Assembly: GCA_913020725.1 (NCBI GenBank)
Contig: CAJWCD010000015.1
Span: 1 to 38,028, forward strand
DNA length: 38,028 bases
Direction of reading: 5' to 3'
Source: an uncultured Pseudomonadota bacterium
GTDB taxonomy: Bacteria; SAR324; NAC60-12
Shown here in pieces: positions 1 through 9,880 of this stretch (position 1 is its first letter; the number at the start of each line of letters is the position of its first letter). The position numbers were made by a program, and so were the translations under genes. The notes beneath the pieces are model-generated. The model saw only the letters and a program-made list of their open reading frames with translations, did no database searches and was not told the DNA's origin.

Positions 1-96
1 ATCCACCTGCACGGTTTCAATGTCCAGTCCTTTTTCGGCGATGAAGATTCGCGCCCGTCGGGGCGAGGGGGCCGGTTGGCAATCGTAGAATTTCAT
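1..96 (-). CDS. Glutathione S-transferase family protein, N-terminus (runs off the window)
   Basis: Manual translation from ATG at 96: MKFYDCQPAPSPRRARIFIAEKGLDIETVQVD, a typical GST N-terminal motif (PSPRR.RIF.AEKG). Confidence 0.85.
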   Translation of the reverse strand, partial: MKFYDCQPAPSPRRARIFIAEKGLDIETVQVD

Positions 97-113
97 GAGT
101 TTCTCTAATGTGT

Positions 114-212
114 TTAGTGGTAGAGTAAATTCGGCAGCAGCAGGACATATCCGGGAGCGAGCACGACGATCAGCAACCGGAAGATGTCCACGCACCAGAT
201 CAGCCTCTGAAG
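114..212 (-). pseudogene. C-terminal remnant of a TRAP transporter large permease (DctM-like)
   Basis: Manual translation FRG/(frame break)WCVDIFRLLIVVLAPGYVLLLPNLLYH* resembles the final TM helix of DctM (FRGV.PF...D..RL.....FP...L.LP). No start codon or upstream body. Confidence 0.5.
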
Positions 213-354
213 GGTAGAACGATAACAGTGTCTCAGCAAAATTCAATCCTGAAGTTGCTGGTTGAACGCCACTGGAAATGCTGTTATTTCTATAAAATCG
301 GTTTTGCTGGACCTCAGCTCATCATTTGCACACCTCCTGAATTCATCACTGGAA

Positions 355-1581
355 ATGCCAAAAATCAATCCCAAGCGTCTGCTGACCGATTTGCAGCGAC
401 TTCGCGAACATGGAGCTTGCGGTTCCGGAGTGGTCCGTCCCGCGTTCTCTGCCCAAGACATGGAAGCCCGCAACTGGCTGAAATCCCGTTACCAACAAGC
501 AGGTTTGGACACTACGATTGACGGAGTGGGCAACGTCTTTGGACGCTCAAAAAACTCCGGCCCTGCTCTGTTGATCGGCTCTCATTCGGACACCCAACCC
601 ACAGGCGGTTGGCTTGATGGAGCCTTGGGGGTGATTTACGGACTGGAAGTGGCCCGTGCGTTGTCCGAAGCTCCGGAAACGGCGGGTTTAGCGGTGGATG
701 CGGTTGCTTGGCAAGACGAGGAATCGCGCTATTACAGCTCGTTGGGAAGCCGCTCGTTTGCAGGCAAGCTCACTCCAGAACAAGAAGCGGGCGTGACCGA
801 CAAGCAGGGGTTTCCACTGTCAGATGCCATCGCAAAGGCGGGGTTGAGCCAGATTCCACGCCAGCACCTTGATCCGGATCGCTATGTCGGGTTCCTTGAA
901 GCGCACATCGAGCAAGGCCCCCACCTTGAAGAAGACGGTAAGAAACTCGGAATTGTGACCGACATCGTTGGTCTGCATGGCGCGGTGTTCAAAATCCGGG
1001 GGCAACAAAACCATGCGGGTACAACGATGATGTCCGGAAGGAAGGACGCCGCCGCTGCCCTTTATGCGTTGGCCAACGCCATCAACGAAGAATTTCCGAA
1101 AACCGCAGGCGACCGCTCCGTCTGGACGATGGGGCGGGCCGTGATCCATCCCGGTGCTGCTTCGATTATTCCCGGTTATGCCGAACTGGAATTGCAGTTC
1201 CGGGATCGTTCCAGCAGGGTGCTGGACTCTTTTGCTGAAACTGTTCAACGACTCGTTGTCGAACTCAATGCACGAGATGGCGCACAAATCGAAACAGAAC
1301 TCGCCCGTGAGAAAATCCCGCCAGCGCCAATGGACGAGGGTTTGCAGTCTCTCCTGATCCAAGCCGCCGAAAAAAACGCAGCGGGAAAGTGGGTAAAAAT
1401 GCCGAGCGGGGCGTTCCATGATGCTGGAGTGCTGCACGACGTAATGCCCTGCGCCATGCTCTTCATTCCTTCCATCGGCGGCGTCAGCCACGACTTTGCC
1501 GAAAACAGTCATGACGAGGACATCGTCATGGGGTGTCAGGTGCTCGCCGATGCCGCAACCTTGATCTTGCAAAACCTCTGA
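355..1581 (+). CDS. M20 family Zn-dependent amidohydrolase (allantoate amidohydrolase / N-carbamoyl-amino acid hydrolase type)
   Basis: Motifs GSHSDTQPTGGWLDGALGV, DEE, EAHIEQGP, NHAGTT, SGAFHDA, GGVSH. Likely start MPKINP at 355. Confidence 0.92.
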   Translation: MPKINPKRLLTDLQRLREHGACGSGVVRPAFSAQDMEARNWLKSRYQQAGLDTTIDGVGNVFGRSKNSGPALLIGSHSDTQPTGGWLDGALGVIYGLEVARALSEAPETAGLAVDAVAWQDEESRYYSSLGSRSFAGKLTPEQEAGVTDKQGFPLSDAIAKAGLSQIPRQHLDPDRYVGFLEAHIEQGPHLEEDGKKLGIVTDIVGLHGAVFKIRGQQNHAGTTMMSGRKDAAAALYALANAINEEFPKTAGDRSVWTMGRAVIHPGAASIIPGYAELELQFRDRSSRVLDSFAETVQRLVVELNARDGAQIETELAREKIPPAPMDEGLQSLLIQAAEKNAAGKWVKMPSGAFHDAGVLHDVMPCAMLFIPSIGGVSHDFAENSHDEDIVMGCQVLADAATLILQNL

Positions 1582-1605
1582 ACCTCAACCTGCTTGTACA
1601 CCTTC

Positions 1606-2550
1606 ATGGTCACTCCCAAAGACATCGAAGCCGCACATTTACGTATTGCCCCCCACCTCCATCAAACTCCAGTCCTCACCAGTCGTAGCCTCAATCAACT
1701 CGCCAATGCCGAATTGTATTTCAAGTGCGAGAACTTCCAGCGGGCGGGATCGTTCAAGTTTCGCGGGGCCACCAACACCCTGCGGCAGTTGGACAACGCA
1801 GCCTTGACAAAGGGGGTCGCCACCACCTCTTCCGGAAACCACGGGGCCGCCCTCACACTGGCCGCGTCCCTGCAAAATGCCCATGTCACCGTGGTCATGC
1901 CCCACAACACTCCGGCGGTGAAGGTCGAGAATGTGAAACGCTACGGCGGTGAAATCGTCTTTTGCGAGCCAACCCACGAATCCCGGGAAGGCACGCTCTC
2001 CCAACTGGTGGAACGGAGCGGGGCGACCGTGGTGCATCCCTACAACGACGAGCGCATCATTGCCGGGCAGGGCACCGCCGCGTGGGAGTTGCTGACGGCG
2101 CATCCGGATTTGGACGCCATCGTTGCTCCGGTGAGCGGGGGCGGGCTGTTGAGCGGGACTTTGCTTGCTGCCCAAGGCAAGAATCCGAAAATCCGGGTTT
2201 ACGGCGCGGAACCCTTGGAGGCGGATGACACGATTCGCTCCCTAGAGGCAGGCCGCATTGTCCCGAACCTGAGTGTGGACACCATCGCCGACGGCCTGCG
2301 GGCACAGATCGGCCCCCTCACGTTTCCCATCATCCAGCAGCACGTCACCAAGGTGCTGCCGATCACGGAAGACGAGATCATCGCCGCGATGCGCCTGCTC
2401 TGGGAGCGGCTGAAGATCATCGTGGAGCCGTCGGGCGCCGTCCCCCTCGCCGCCGTCCTCAAGCGTCCCGAAATCTTCTGCAACCAAAAAACCGGCCTCA
2501 TCCTCTCCGGAGGCAACACGGACCTCGACTCGCTGCCGTGGAGTCGGTAG
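1606..2550 (+). CDS. PLP-dependent threonine/serine dehydratase or serine racemase-like enzyme
   Basis: FKCENFQRAGSFKFRGA (PLP lysine), SSGNHG, PVSGGGLLSG, VEPSGA, LSGGN. No regulatory ACT domain. Confidence 0.92.
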   Translation: MVTPKDIEAAHLRIAPHLHQTPVLTSRSLNQLANAELYFKCENFQRAGSFKFRGATNTLRQLDNAALTKGVATTSSGNHGAALTLAASLQNAHVTVVMPHNTPAVKVENVKRYGGEIVFCEPTHESREGTLSQLVERSGATVVHPYNDERIIAGQGTAAWELLTAHPDLDAIVAPVSGGGLLSGTLLAAQGKNPKIRVYGAEPLEADDTIRSLEAGRIVPNLSVDTIADGLRAQIGPLTFPIIQQHVTKVLPITEDEIIAAMRLLWERLKIIVEPSGAVPLAAVLKRPEIFCNQKTGLILSGGNTDLDSLPWSR

Positions 2551-2725
2551 TCCCGGCCTCATGCAATCTCATCGTGGTTGGATTCACCCTCACCCACGTC
2601 CGGTCCTGCATTCTGTCCCATGCAAGTCGGGGAGGCTTCCCAATCCGCTTCGCCAAATACGACCTTTCTCCTCAACAGATTGCCAAATGATTGACCGTGA
2701 TCCGCAGCATTTGGAGGCGGCAAGG

Positions 2726-3703
2726 TCATTCTCGGTGGGGCGGTGGGGCGAGGACGCGGTTGCGACTTTTCACGGATTCGGAATAGACGCTGTAAATGCC
2801 CGCGCAAGCGATCAGGGCAATGCCACACCACGCAAACAGATCCGGCCAGTCCTGAAAGAGGAACACGCTCCAGAAGATGGAAAGGGGTAGGGCGACATAT
2901 TCGAACGGAGCCACGAGTCCGGCTTCGGCCTGTCGGTAGCCCTGACTAACGAGGTAGCCGCCGATGCCACTGAGCATCCCGGCTCCGGCCATGATCCACA
3001 AATCCTGCACAGTGGGCACCGTCCAGGCCCGGAAGAGAAAATCCACCGTGGGATTGTCCGGGTTGGCATAGCGGCCATCTCCGAAGACAAGGCCGATCCC
3101 GCCGCTGACCACGACGAAGGTGAGTTGGATGTAAAACGCCATCGTGGACGCCTTGTCCTGCTTGCCGATCAGCCGTGTCGTGATCTGCACCAAAGCGTAG
3201 GTCGTCGCAGCAGCCACAGGCAGCAGGCTCACCCACCGGAAAACCTCTGCTCCGGGCCGCAGCACCACAATCACCCCGCTCAAGCCGATAGCCACTGCCC
3301 CCCAGCGGGAAGCCGCAACCCGCTCCTTCAGCAGCAGCACCGAAAAAACCGTGATCAACAACGGTGCCACAAAGAAAATCGCCGTTGCCTCTCCCAGGGG
3401 CAAGGTGGCGAGTCCGGTGAAGAAACAGAAGTTGGCAACCACAATCCCCAAACCCCGCAGGACATGGAGCAATAAACGCCGGGTGCGCAGGTGTCCATAG
3501 CTTCCTTCCAAAGGGACAAAAATCAGCAGAGTCAGCACGAGCGCGACGCTCGCTCGCGTCAAGATGATCTGGTGCAAAGGATAGCTGCCACTGAGCCACT
3601 TGATCGCCGAATCTTGTGTCGTGAACGAGATCATTGCCCCAATGACACAACAGATGCCCAGCAAGTTGGGAGAGTTGGCAAATAAGTTTCGCAGCTTGGA
3701 CAT
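2726..3703 (-). CDS. DMT/EamA family transporter
   Basis: About 10 hydrophobic segments, LLKERV..SRW.AV.IG..GV.VVLRPG and A..VAPFEY motifs. Likely start MSKLRN at 3703. Confidence 0.9.
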   Translation of the reverse strand: MSKLRNLFANSPNLLGICCVIGAMISFTTQDSAIKWLSGSYPLHQIILTRASVALVLTLLIFVPLEGSYGHLRTRRLLLHVLRGLGIVVANFCFFTGLATLPLGEATAIFFVAPLLITVFSVLLLKERVAASRWGAVAIGLSGVIVVLRPGAEVFRWVSLLPVAAATTYALVQITTRLIGKQDKASTMAFYIQLTFVVVSGGIGLVFGDGRYANPDNPTVDFLFRAWTVPTVQDLWIMAGAGMLSGIGGYLVSQGYRQAEAGLVAPFEYVALPLSIFWSVFLFQDWPDLFAWCGIALIACAGIYSVYSESVKSRNRVLAPPPHRE

Positions 3704-3833
3704 GAACGATTTGGAAACAAAGCAATGGGAGCATGGTGCCGGACTGATCAAAACCCCTTGCAGCATCCTTGCAGAAAACCGTTGGCTTTGAAACCTTGTG
3801 TCGCTCGATGGACCCCGGAACAAGCAGAGATGC

Positions 3834-3861
3834 TTGCGAATTGTTAGCACTCTGCTATAGT
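3834..3861 (+). promoter_or_regulatory. Putative sigma70 promoter of clpB (TTGCGA-16 bp-TATAGT, extended -10 TGn)
   Basis: -35-like TTGCGA at 3834-3839 and TGC-TATAGT at 3853-3861, lying inside the CIRCE spacer. Confidence 0.6.
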
Positions 3862-3870
3862 GAGTGCTAA
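3844..3870 (+). promoter_or_regulatory. CIRCE element (HrcA operator)
   Basis: Exact consensus TTAGCACTC-N9(TGCTATAGT)-GAGTGCTAA, 29 bp upstream of the clpB ATG. Confidence 0.95.
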
Positions 3871-3899
3871 AATTCAATCATGATCCCAAGCGAGGTTTT

Positions 3900-6524
3900 A
3901 TGAATTCCCAGAAACTCACGCAGAAATCGGTGGCCGCGCTCGAAGCGGCCCACGCTGAGGTGGTGCGGCGCAAGCATTCGGAACTCACCACGCTGCATTT
4001 GCTCCACGCCTTGGTCACACAAGAACAGGGATTGGTGCCGCGCCTGCTCGACAAACTGGATGTGGAGGTCCACAACTTCAGCCGCAATTTGGAAAATGAA
4101 CTGGAACGACTACCGACGTTTTCCGGAGCAAATCTTGGACAGGTCTCAGCTTCCGGAGATTTCAACCACGCGCTGGTGGCCGCAGAGGACGAGGCCAAGC
4201 GGCTCGACGATGAGTATGTCAGCGTGGAGCATCTGCTGCTGGCTTTGCTCAAGCAGCGCAAATCTCCTGCCGAGCGGCTACTCACGGAGGCCGGGGTTTC
4301 GCGGAAAGACCTGCTTGCCACACTCAAGGAACTTCGTGGTGGGCAGCGGGTGACAAATCAGAATCCGGAGGAGACTTACGAGGCACTGGAGAAGTACGGC
4401 CTCGATCTCACGGAGCGTGCGCGTTCCGGAAAGCTCGATCCAGTGATTGGGCGCGACGACGAAATCCGCCGCGTGATCCAAGTCCTCTCCCGCCGCACCA
4501 AGAACAATCCTGTCCTCATCGGCGAACCCGGAGTTGGCAAGACCGCCATTGCAGAGGGCTTGGCCCAACGCATCGCCCGCCACGATGTTCCGGACAGCCT
4601 CAAGGACAAGCGGCTCGTCTCGCTGGACATGGGAGCACTGATTGCAGGAGCAAAGTTTCGGGGAGAGTTCGAGGAACGCCTTAAGGCGGTGCTGAAGGAG
4701 GTGCTGGATGCTGACGGACAGATTGTGCTCTTCATTGACGAACTGCACACCGTCGTCGGCGCAGGCAAGGTCGAAGGCGCGATGGATGCTGGCAACCTAC
4801 TCAAACCGATGCTGGCGCGTGGCGAATTGCATTGCATCGGCGCGACCACGCTAGACGAGTACCGCAAGCACATCGAGAAAGACCCTGCGCTGGAACGGCG
4901 TTTCCAGCAAGTGTTGGTCAATCAACCCACGGTGGAGGACACCATCTCTATCCTGCGCGGCCTCAAGGAACGCTACGAAATCCACCACGGCGTGCGCATC
5001 AAGGACAACGCCCTCATCGCCGCCGCGACGCTTTCCAACCGCTACATCACCGACCGTTTTCTGCCGGACAAGGCGATTGATCTGATGGACGAAGCCGCCG
5101 CCCGTCTGCGTGTGGAGATCAATTCCATGCCTGCCGAAATGGACGAGATTTCGCGGAAAATCCTGCAACTCGAAATTGAACAGGAAGCCCTCAAAAAGGA
5201 AACCGACTCTGCCTCCAAGGAGCGGTTGGAGAAGCTCGGCAAGGCACTTGCGGATTTTCGGGAACAGTTCAATGTGATGAAGGCACAATGGGAGCAGGAG
5301 AAATCCGGACTCTACGCCGTTGCACAGCTTAAGCAGCAGCTTGACGAAACCAACACGAAGATCGAGCAGGCTCAGCGCGACTACAATCTGGAGGAAGCCG
5401 CACGACTGGAGTACGGAACCCTGCCAGAGTTGCGCAAGCAGCTTGAGGCCGTGCAGGCGCACGAAAACGGGCAAGATTCCGGGAACCGCCTGCTCAAAGA
5501 GGAGGTGGACGCGGAGGACATCAGCGAGATCGTGGCACATTGGACGGGCATTCCGGTGTCCAAGATGCTGGAGGGTGAAAACGAAAAACTGCTACGGCTT
5601 CCGGAACACCTGCACCAGCGCGTGATCGGACAGGATGAGGCAATCCAACTGGTGTCCGACGCGGTGCAGCGTTCACGATCCGGGATCAACGACCCCAACC
5701 GCCCGCTCGGCAGTTTCATCTTCCTCGGCCCCACTGGAGTCGGAAAGACCGAACTGGCCCGTGCTCTTGCCGAATTTCTCTTTGACGACGAGCAGGCGAT
5801 GGTGCGGCTCGACATGTCGGAATACATGGAGAAACACGCGGTCTCGCGCCTGATCGGAGCGCCTCCGGGCTATGTCGGCTACGATGAGGGCGGGCAACTC
5901 ACCGAGGCGGTCCGGCGACGCCCCTACAGCGTCATCCTCTTTGACGAGATTGAGAAGGCGCATCCGGATGTTTTCAACACGCTGCTCCAGATTCTTGACG
6001 ACGGCAGGCTCACGGATTCGCAGGGCCGCACTGTGAATTTCCGCAACACGCTGGTGTTGATGACCTCCAACCTCGGCAGTCAGCGCCTCACGGAAATGGC
6101 GGGGCAGGTCGAGGACACCGAGGATGAGGATGCAGAACTAATCCGCAACGCCGAGCAGAAGTTTGCGGTGCAGCAGGAACTCCGGCAACACTTCCGTCCG
6201 GAATTCCTCAACCGCATTGACGACATCGTGGTCTTTCACCCACTGCGCAAGCGGCATCTGCGCGACATCGTGCACATCCAACTTCAGCGGCTGCAAAACC
6301 GACTCGACGAACGCAAAATCACACTAGCGTTGGACAACCGTGCTGTGGATTTTCTTATTGATGTGGGCTACGAACCCACCTACGGCGCACGACCTCTCAA
6401 GCGCACCATCCAGAAGGAACTCGAAACCCCCTTGGCCCGCGAACTGCTCAAGGGCACTCTCAAGGACGGCACCGTGCGAGTTTCCGTGGAGAACAGCGAG
6501 TTGCAGTTTGCTCCAGTGGGTTAG
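3900..6524 (+). CDS. clpB: ATP-dependent chaperone ClpB
   Basis: Clp N-domain, two AAA+ modules ([16 protein letters not shown]), coiled-coil middle domain, GAPPGYVGY. Start MNSQKLT at 3900. Confidence 0.98.
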   Translation: MNSQKLTQKSVAALEAAHAEVVRRKHSELTTLHLLHALVTQEQGLVPRLLDKLDVEVHNFSRNLENELERLPTFSGANLGQVSASGDFNHALVAAEDEAKRLDDEYVSVEHLLLALLKQRKSPAERLLTEAGVSRKDLLATLKELRGGQRVTNQNPEETYEALEKYGLDLTERARSGKLDPVIGRDDEIRRVIQVLSRRTKNNPVLIGEPGVGKTAIAEGLAQRIARHDVPDSLKDKRLVSLDMGALIAGAKFRGEFEERLKAVLKEVLDADGQIVLFIDELHTVVGAGKVEGAMDAGNLLKPMLARGELHCIGATTLDEYRKHIEKDPALERRFQQVLVNQPTVEDTISILRGLKERYEIHHGVRIKDNALIAAATLSNRYITDRFLPDKAIDLMDEAAARLRVEINSMPAEMDEISRKILQLEIEQEALKKETDSASKERLEKLGKALADFREQFNVMKAQWEQEKSGLYAVAQLKQQLDETNTKIEQAQRDYNLEEAARLEYGTLPELRKQLEAVQAHENGQDSGNRLLKEEVDAEDISEIVAHWTGIPVSKMLEGENEKLLRLPEHLHQRVIGQDEAIQLVSDAVQRSRSGINDPNRPLGSFIFLGPTGVGKTELARALAEFLFDDEQAMVRLDMSEYMEKHAVSRLIGAPPGYVGYDEGGQLTEAVRRRPYSVILFDEIEKAHPDVFNTLLQILDDGRLTDSQGRTVNFRNTLVLMTSNLGSQRLTEMAGQVEDTEDEDAELIRNAEQKFAVQQELRQHFRPEFLNRIDDIVVFHPLRKRHLRDIVHIQLQRLQNRLDERKITLALDNRAVDFLIDVGYEPTYGARPLKRTIQKELETPLARELLKGTLKDGTVRVSVENSELQFAPVG

Positions 6525-6560
6525 GAAATCGACTCTTTGAGAGCTGAATTTTCCAACCCG

Positions 6561-8168
6561 TCACATCCGGAAGACTCCGTATTTGGTGGGGGAAATCGGA
6601 GCATTGAGCGCGGCGGCCAGCCCCAAGCCTAGCACGGTGCGGGTTTGGGCGGGGTCAATCACGCCGTCATCCCAAAGTCGTGCGGTTGCGTAGTACGGAT
6701 GGCCCTGCACCTCGTACTGCTCCCGGATCGGTTGTTTGAAAGCTTCCTCATCCGCTGCGCTCCACGATTGTCCAGAGGCTTCCAGATTGTCGCGTTTCAC
6801 GGTTGCCAACACAGCGGCGGCTTGCTCTCCCCCCATCACCGAAATCCTTGCATTAGGCCACATCCAGAGGAAGCGCGGCGCATAGGCACGCCCGCACATC
6901 CCGTAGTTGCCTGCACCATAGGAACCTCCAAGGATCACGGTGAGTTTTGGCACCTGCACACACGAAACTGCCGTCACCAACTTCGCCCCGTCCTTGGCGA
7001 TTCCGCCTCGTTCGTACTGCTTGCCGACCATGAATCCAGTGATATTCTGGAGGAAAATCAGGGGGACTCTGCGCTGTCCACAAAGCTCCACGAAGTGGGC
7101 ACCCTTGAGTGAGGATTCGGAAAAGAGGATGCCGTTGTTGGCAACAATGCCCACGGGGATGCCGTGGATGCGGGCGAAGGTGGTGATCAGCGTGGTGCCG
7201 AAAAGCGCCTTGAATTCCTGAAATTCGGAACCGTCCACAAGGCGAGCGATGACCTCGCGGATGTCGAAGGATTTCCGCAAATCCTTGGGCAGCACCCCGT
7301 AAAGCTCATCCGGGGAATACTTAGGCGGAAGTGCATCCGCCAACTCCGGAAACGACGATTGCTGTGGGGGCAAACCGGCGATCACGTCCCGCACAATGGC
7401 GAGCGCGTGGGCATCGTTTTCGGCAAGATGATCCGCGACTCCGGACTGGCGGGCATGGACGTCACCCCCGCCGAGTGCTTCCGGAGTGACCACCTCCCCT
7501 GTTGCCGCCTTGACGAGTGGAGGGCCACCGAGAAAGATCGTCCCCTGGTTGCGGACGATCACCGTTTCGTCGCTCATCGCCGGAACATACGCACCGCCTG
7601 CTGTGCAGGAACCCATCACCACCGCAAGTTGTGGAATGCCCTCGGCAGACATCGTGGCTTGGTTGTAGAAAATGCGGCCAAAATGCTCGCGATCCGGAAA
7701 CACCTCATCCCAAAGCGGCAGAAATGCCCCTCCGGAATCAACGAGGTAGATGCACGGCAAGCGATTTTCGCGGGCGATCTCCTGAGCGCGCAGGTGTTTT
7801 TTGACAGTGATCGGATAGTAGGTGCCGCCCTTGACGGTGGCATCGTTGGCAACGATCATCACTAGCCGTCCGGAAACCCGTCCGATTCCCGTGATGACTC
7901 CGGCGGACGGAACTTCGCTGTCGTAAAGCCCCCACGCCGCCAGCGGTGCGACTTCCAGAAACGGGCTTCCGGGGTCGAGCAAGCACCTCACGCGTTCCCG
8001 TGGTAGCAGTTTTCCCCGGGATTCGTGTCGCTGCCGGGAGCGTTCCGAGCCACCCTTGCCGACTTCTTGCATTCGACCCCGCAGTTCCTCGGCAAGTTGC
8101 TGATGATGGCGGGAGTTTGCCAGAAATTCGGCGGAGTTGGGATCAAGGCAACTTTCAAAAACAGGCAT
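6561..8168 (-). CDS. liuB: 3-methylcrotonyl-CoA carboxylase beta (carboxyltransferase) subunit
   Basis: [52 protein letters not shown]-terminal YGVFRM. Start MPVFES at 8168. Confidence 0.93.
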   Translation of the reverse strand: MPVFESCLDPNSAEFLANSRHHQQLAEELRGRMQEVGKGGSERSRQRHESRGKLLPRERVRCLLDPGSPFLEVAPLAAWGLYDSEVPSAGVITGIGRVSGRLVMIVANDATVKGGTYYPITVKKHLRAQEIARENRLPCIYLVDSGGAFLPLWDEVFPDREHFGRIFYNQATMSAEGIPQLAVVMGSCTAGGAYVPAMSDETVIVRNQGTIFLGGPPLVKAATGEVVTPEALGGGDVHARQSGVADHLAENDAHALAIVRDVIAGLPPQQSSFPELADALPPKYSPDELYGVLPKDLRKSFDIREVIARLVDGSEFQEFKALFGTTLITTFARIHGIPVGIVANNGILFSESSLKGAHFVELCGQRRVPLIFLQNITGFMVGKQYERGGIAKDGAKLVTAVSCVQVPKLTVILGGSYGAGNYGMCGRAYAPRFLWMWPNARISVMGGEQAAAVLATVKRDNLEASGQSWSAADEEAFKQPIREQYEVQGHPYYATARLWDDGVIDPAQTRTVLGLGLAAALNAPISPTKYGVFRM

Positions 8169-8294
8169 GGCGCATAGGTAATTTGGGTGAACAAATGAAG
8201 TCAACAGCATCGCATACTTCCGGAAAATCTTGAACCTTCCTGTTCCATGCGGCAAAACATGGAGCCAGACTGCAACGCAACGCAAAAAAAACCT

Positions 8295-9323
8295 ATGAGT
8301 ACCGTTAGCTCACTGGGCTACCACATGCCCGCAGAGTGGCATCCCCATACCTGTTGTTTCATGGGCTGGCCCTGCCGCCTCAAAACTTGGGGCGAGGGCA
8401 TGGCTGCCGCCAAAGTCGCCTACGCGAAAGTCGCCAAGGCCATCCGCAAGTTTGAGCCGGTGGTGATGGTCGCCCGTCCGGAAGACGCCAAAGCGGCGCG
8501 TTCCAAGTGCGGGAAGCAGATTGAAGTCTTGGAAATTTCCATAGACGACTCTTGGAGCCGGGACAGCGGCCCCACCTTTGTCATCAATCACAAGAGCAAC
8601 ATCGCAGGTATTGACTGGGAATTCAACCAGTGGGGAGCGGATTATCCGGACATCGAGGACGACGCAGATTTCGCCAAACGCCTGCTCGATCACTACGGCA
8701 TCCACTGCTTTGCCGCGCCCTTTGTGCTGGAAGGTGGTTCGATCCATGTGGATGGCGACGGGACGCTGCTCACCACCGAGCAGTGCCTGCTGAATCCGAA
8801 CCGCAATCCGGATATGGGGCAGGAGGAGATCGAGTTGTTGCTCAAGGAACACCTTGGCATCCACCATGTGATCTGGCTCGGCGACGGCCTGCTCGACGAC
8901 GAAACGGACGGGCATGTGGACAACATCGCCTGCTTCGTGAAACCCGGTGTGGTCCTCGCTCTCACGACGGACGATCCACAGGATGAGAACTACGAACCGC
9001 TACGGGACAACCTTGACCGGCTCCGGACGGAGCAGGACGCTCGCGGGCGCAATCTGGAGGTCATCACCATTGAGCAACCCGAACCAGAATGGCGGGACGA
9101 CACGCGACTGGCGATGTCTTACATCAACTTCTACCTGCCCAACGGTGGAGTGGTCATGCCCTCCTTTGACGATCCGGTGCGGGATGATGCCGCACGAGCA
9201 ACCATCGAACAAGTTTTTCCGGATCGCAAAGTGGTGCAGATTCCTGCGATGGACATTGTCTTTGGCGGCGGCGGAATTCACTGCATCACCCAGCAACAAC
9301 CCGAACCAGAGGAACGCGGCTGA
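8295..9323 (+). CDS. aguA: Agmatine deiminase
   Basis: [54 protein letters not shown]. Confidence 0.96.
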   Translation: MSTVSSLGYHMPAEWHPHTCCFMGWPCRLKTWGEGMAAAKVAYAKVAKAIRKFEPVVMVARPEDAKAARSKCGKQIEVLEISIDDSWSRDSGPTFVINHKSNIAGIDWEFNQWGADYPDIEDDADFAKRLLDHYGIHCFAAPFVLEGGSIHVDGDGTLLTTEQCLLNPNRNPDMGQEEIELLLKEHLGIHHVIWLGDGLLDDETDGHVDNIACFVKPGVVLALTTDDPQDENYEPLRDNLDRLRTEQDARGRNLEVITIEQPEPEWRDDTRLAMSYINFYLPNGGVVMPSFDDPVRDDAARATIEQVFPDRKVVQIPAMDIVFGGGGIHCITQQQPEPEERG

Positions 9324-9326
9324 AGG

Positions 9327-9789
9327 ATGCGCACACTGAAACTCGCTGCCACCCAGATGACCTGTGGTTGGGACTGGGAGGCCAACCTATCCAAAGCGGA
9401 ATCTCTGGTCCGCAACGCCGCCCAGCAGGGGGCGCAGGTCATCCTCATTCAGGAGTTGTTTGAGGGACCGTACTTTTGCAAAGACCAGAAACCTGAGTAT
9501 TTCGAGCGGGCTTATCCACTGGCAAACCACCCTGCCGTTCAGCCTGGTCGCCTCCAACCGCATTGGCACCGAGGAAGGCGACAGTTGCAGCCTCACGTTT
9601 TATGGGTCTTCCTTCATCGCCGGACCCCTCGGAGAACTGCGCCAGCAGGCCGGGAGCCGGGAGGAGGCCGTCTTGGTGGAAACCTTCGATCTTGATGAAA
9701 TCCAAACGATGCGACAGGGCTGGGGCCTCTTCCGGGACCGCCGCCCCGACCTTTACGGTTCGCTGCTTTCCTTGGACGGTTCCGATTGA
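9327..9789 (+). pseudogene. aguB: N-carbamoylputrescine amidase with large internal deletion and frameshift
   Basis: The N-terminal ~72 aa (QELFEGPYFC) are in one frame, joined near 9543 to the C-terminal part (LVASNRIG..FYGSSFI..WGLFRDRRPDLY) in another frame. The central catalytic Lys and Cys motifs are absent. Confidence 0.9.
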
Positions 9790-9880
9790 CGTCCGTTGGA
9801 AAGGGCTTGTCATCCATCCTGCACTGCGGGTATGGTGTGTTTTATGAAAACCCTTGGGCAGAGTCACCTATAAAACGGCA

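Noticed and set aside
2551..2725. Short ORFs in the gap between the dehydratase and DMT genes
   Set aside because: No recognisable motif or RBS, and they overlap the DMT gene. Treated as intergenic.
9520..9560. Programmed frameshift in aguB
   Set aside because: No slippery sequence, and even a reframed product would lack the central catalytic region.
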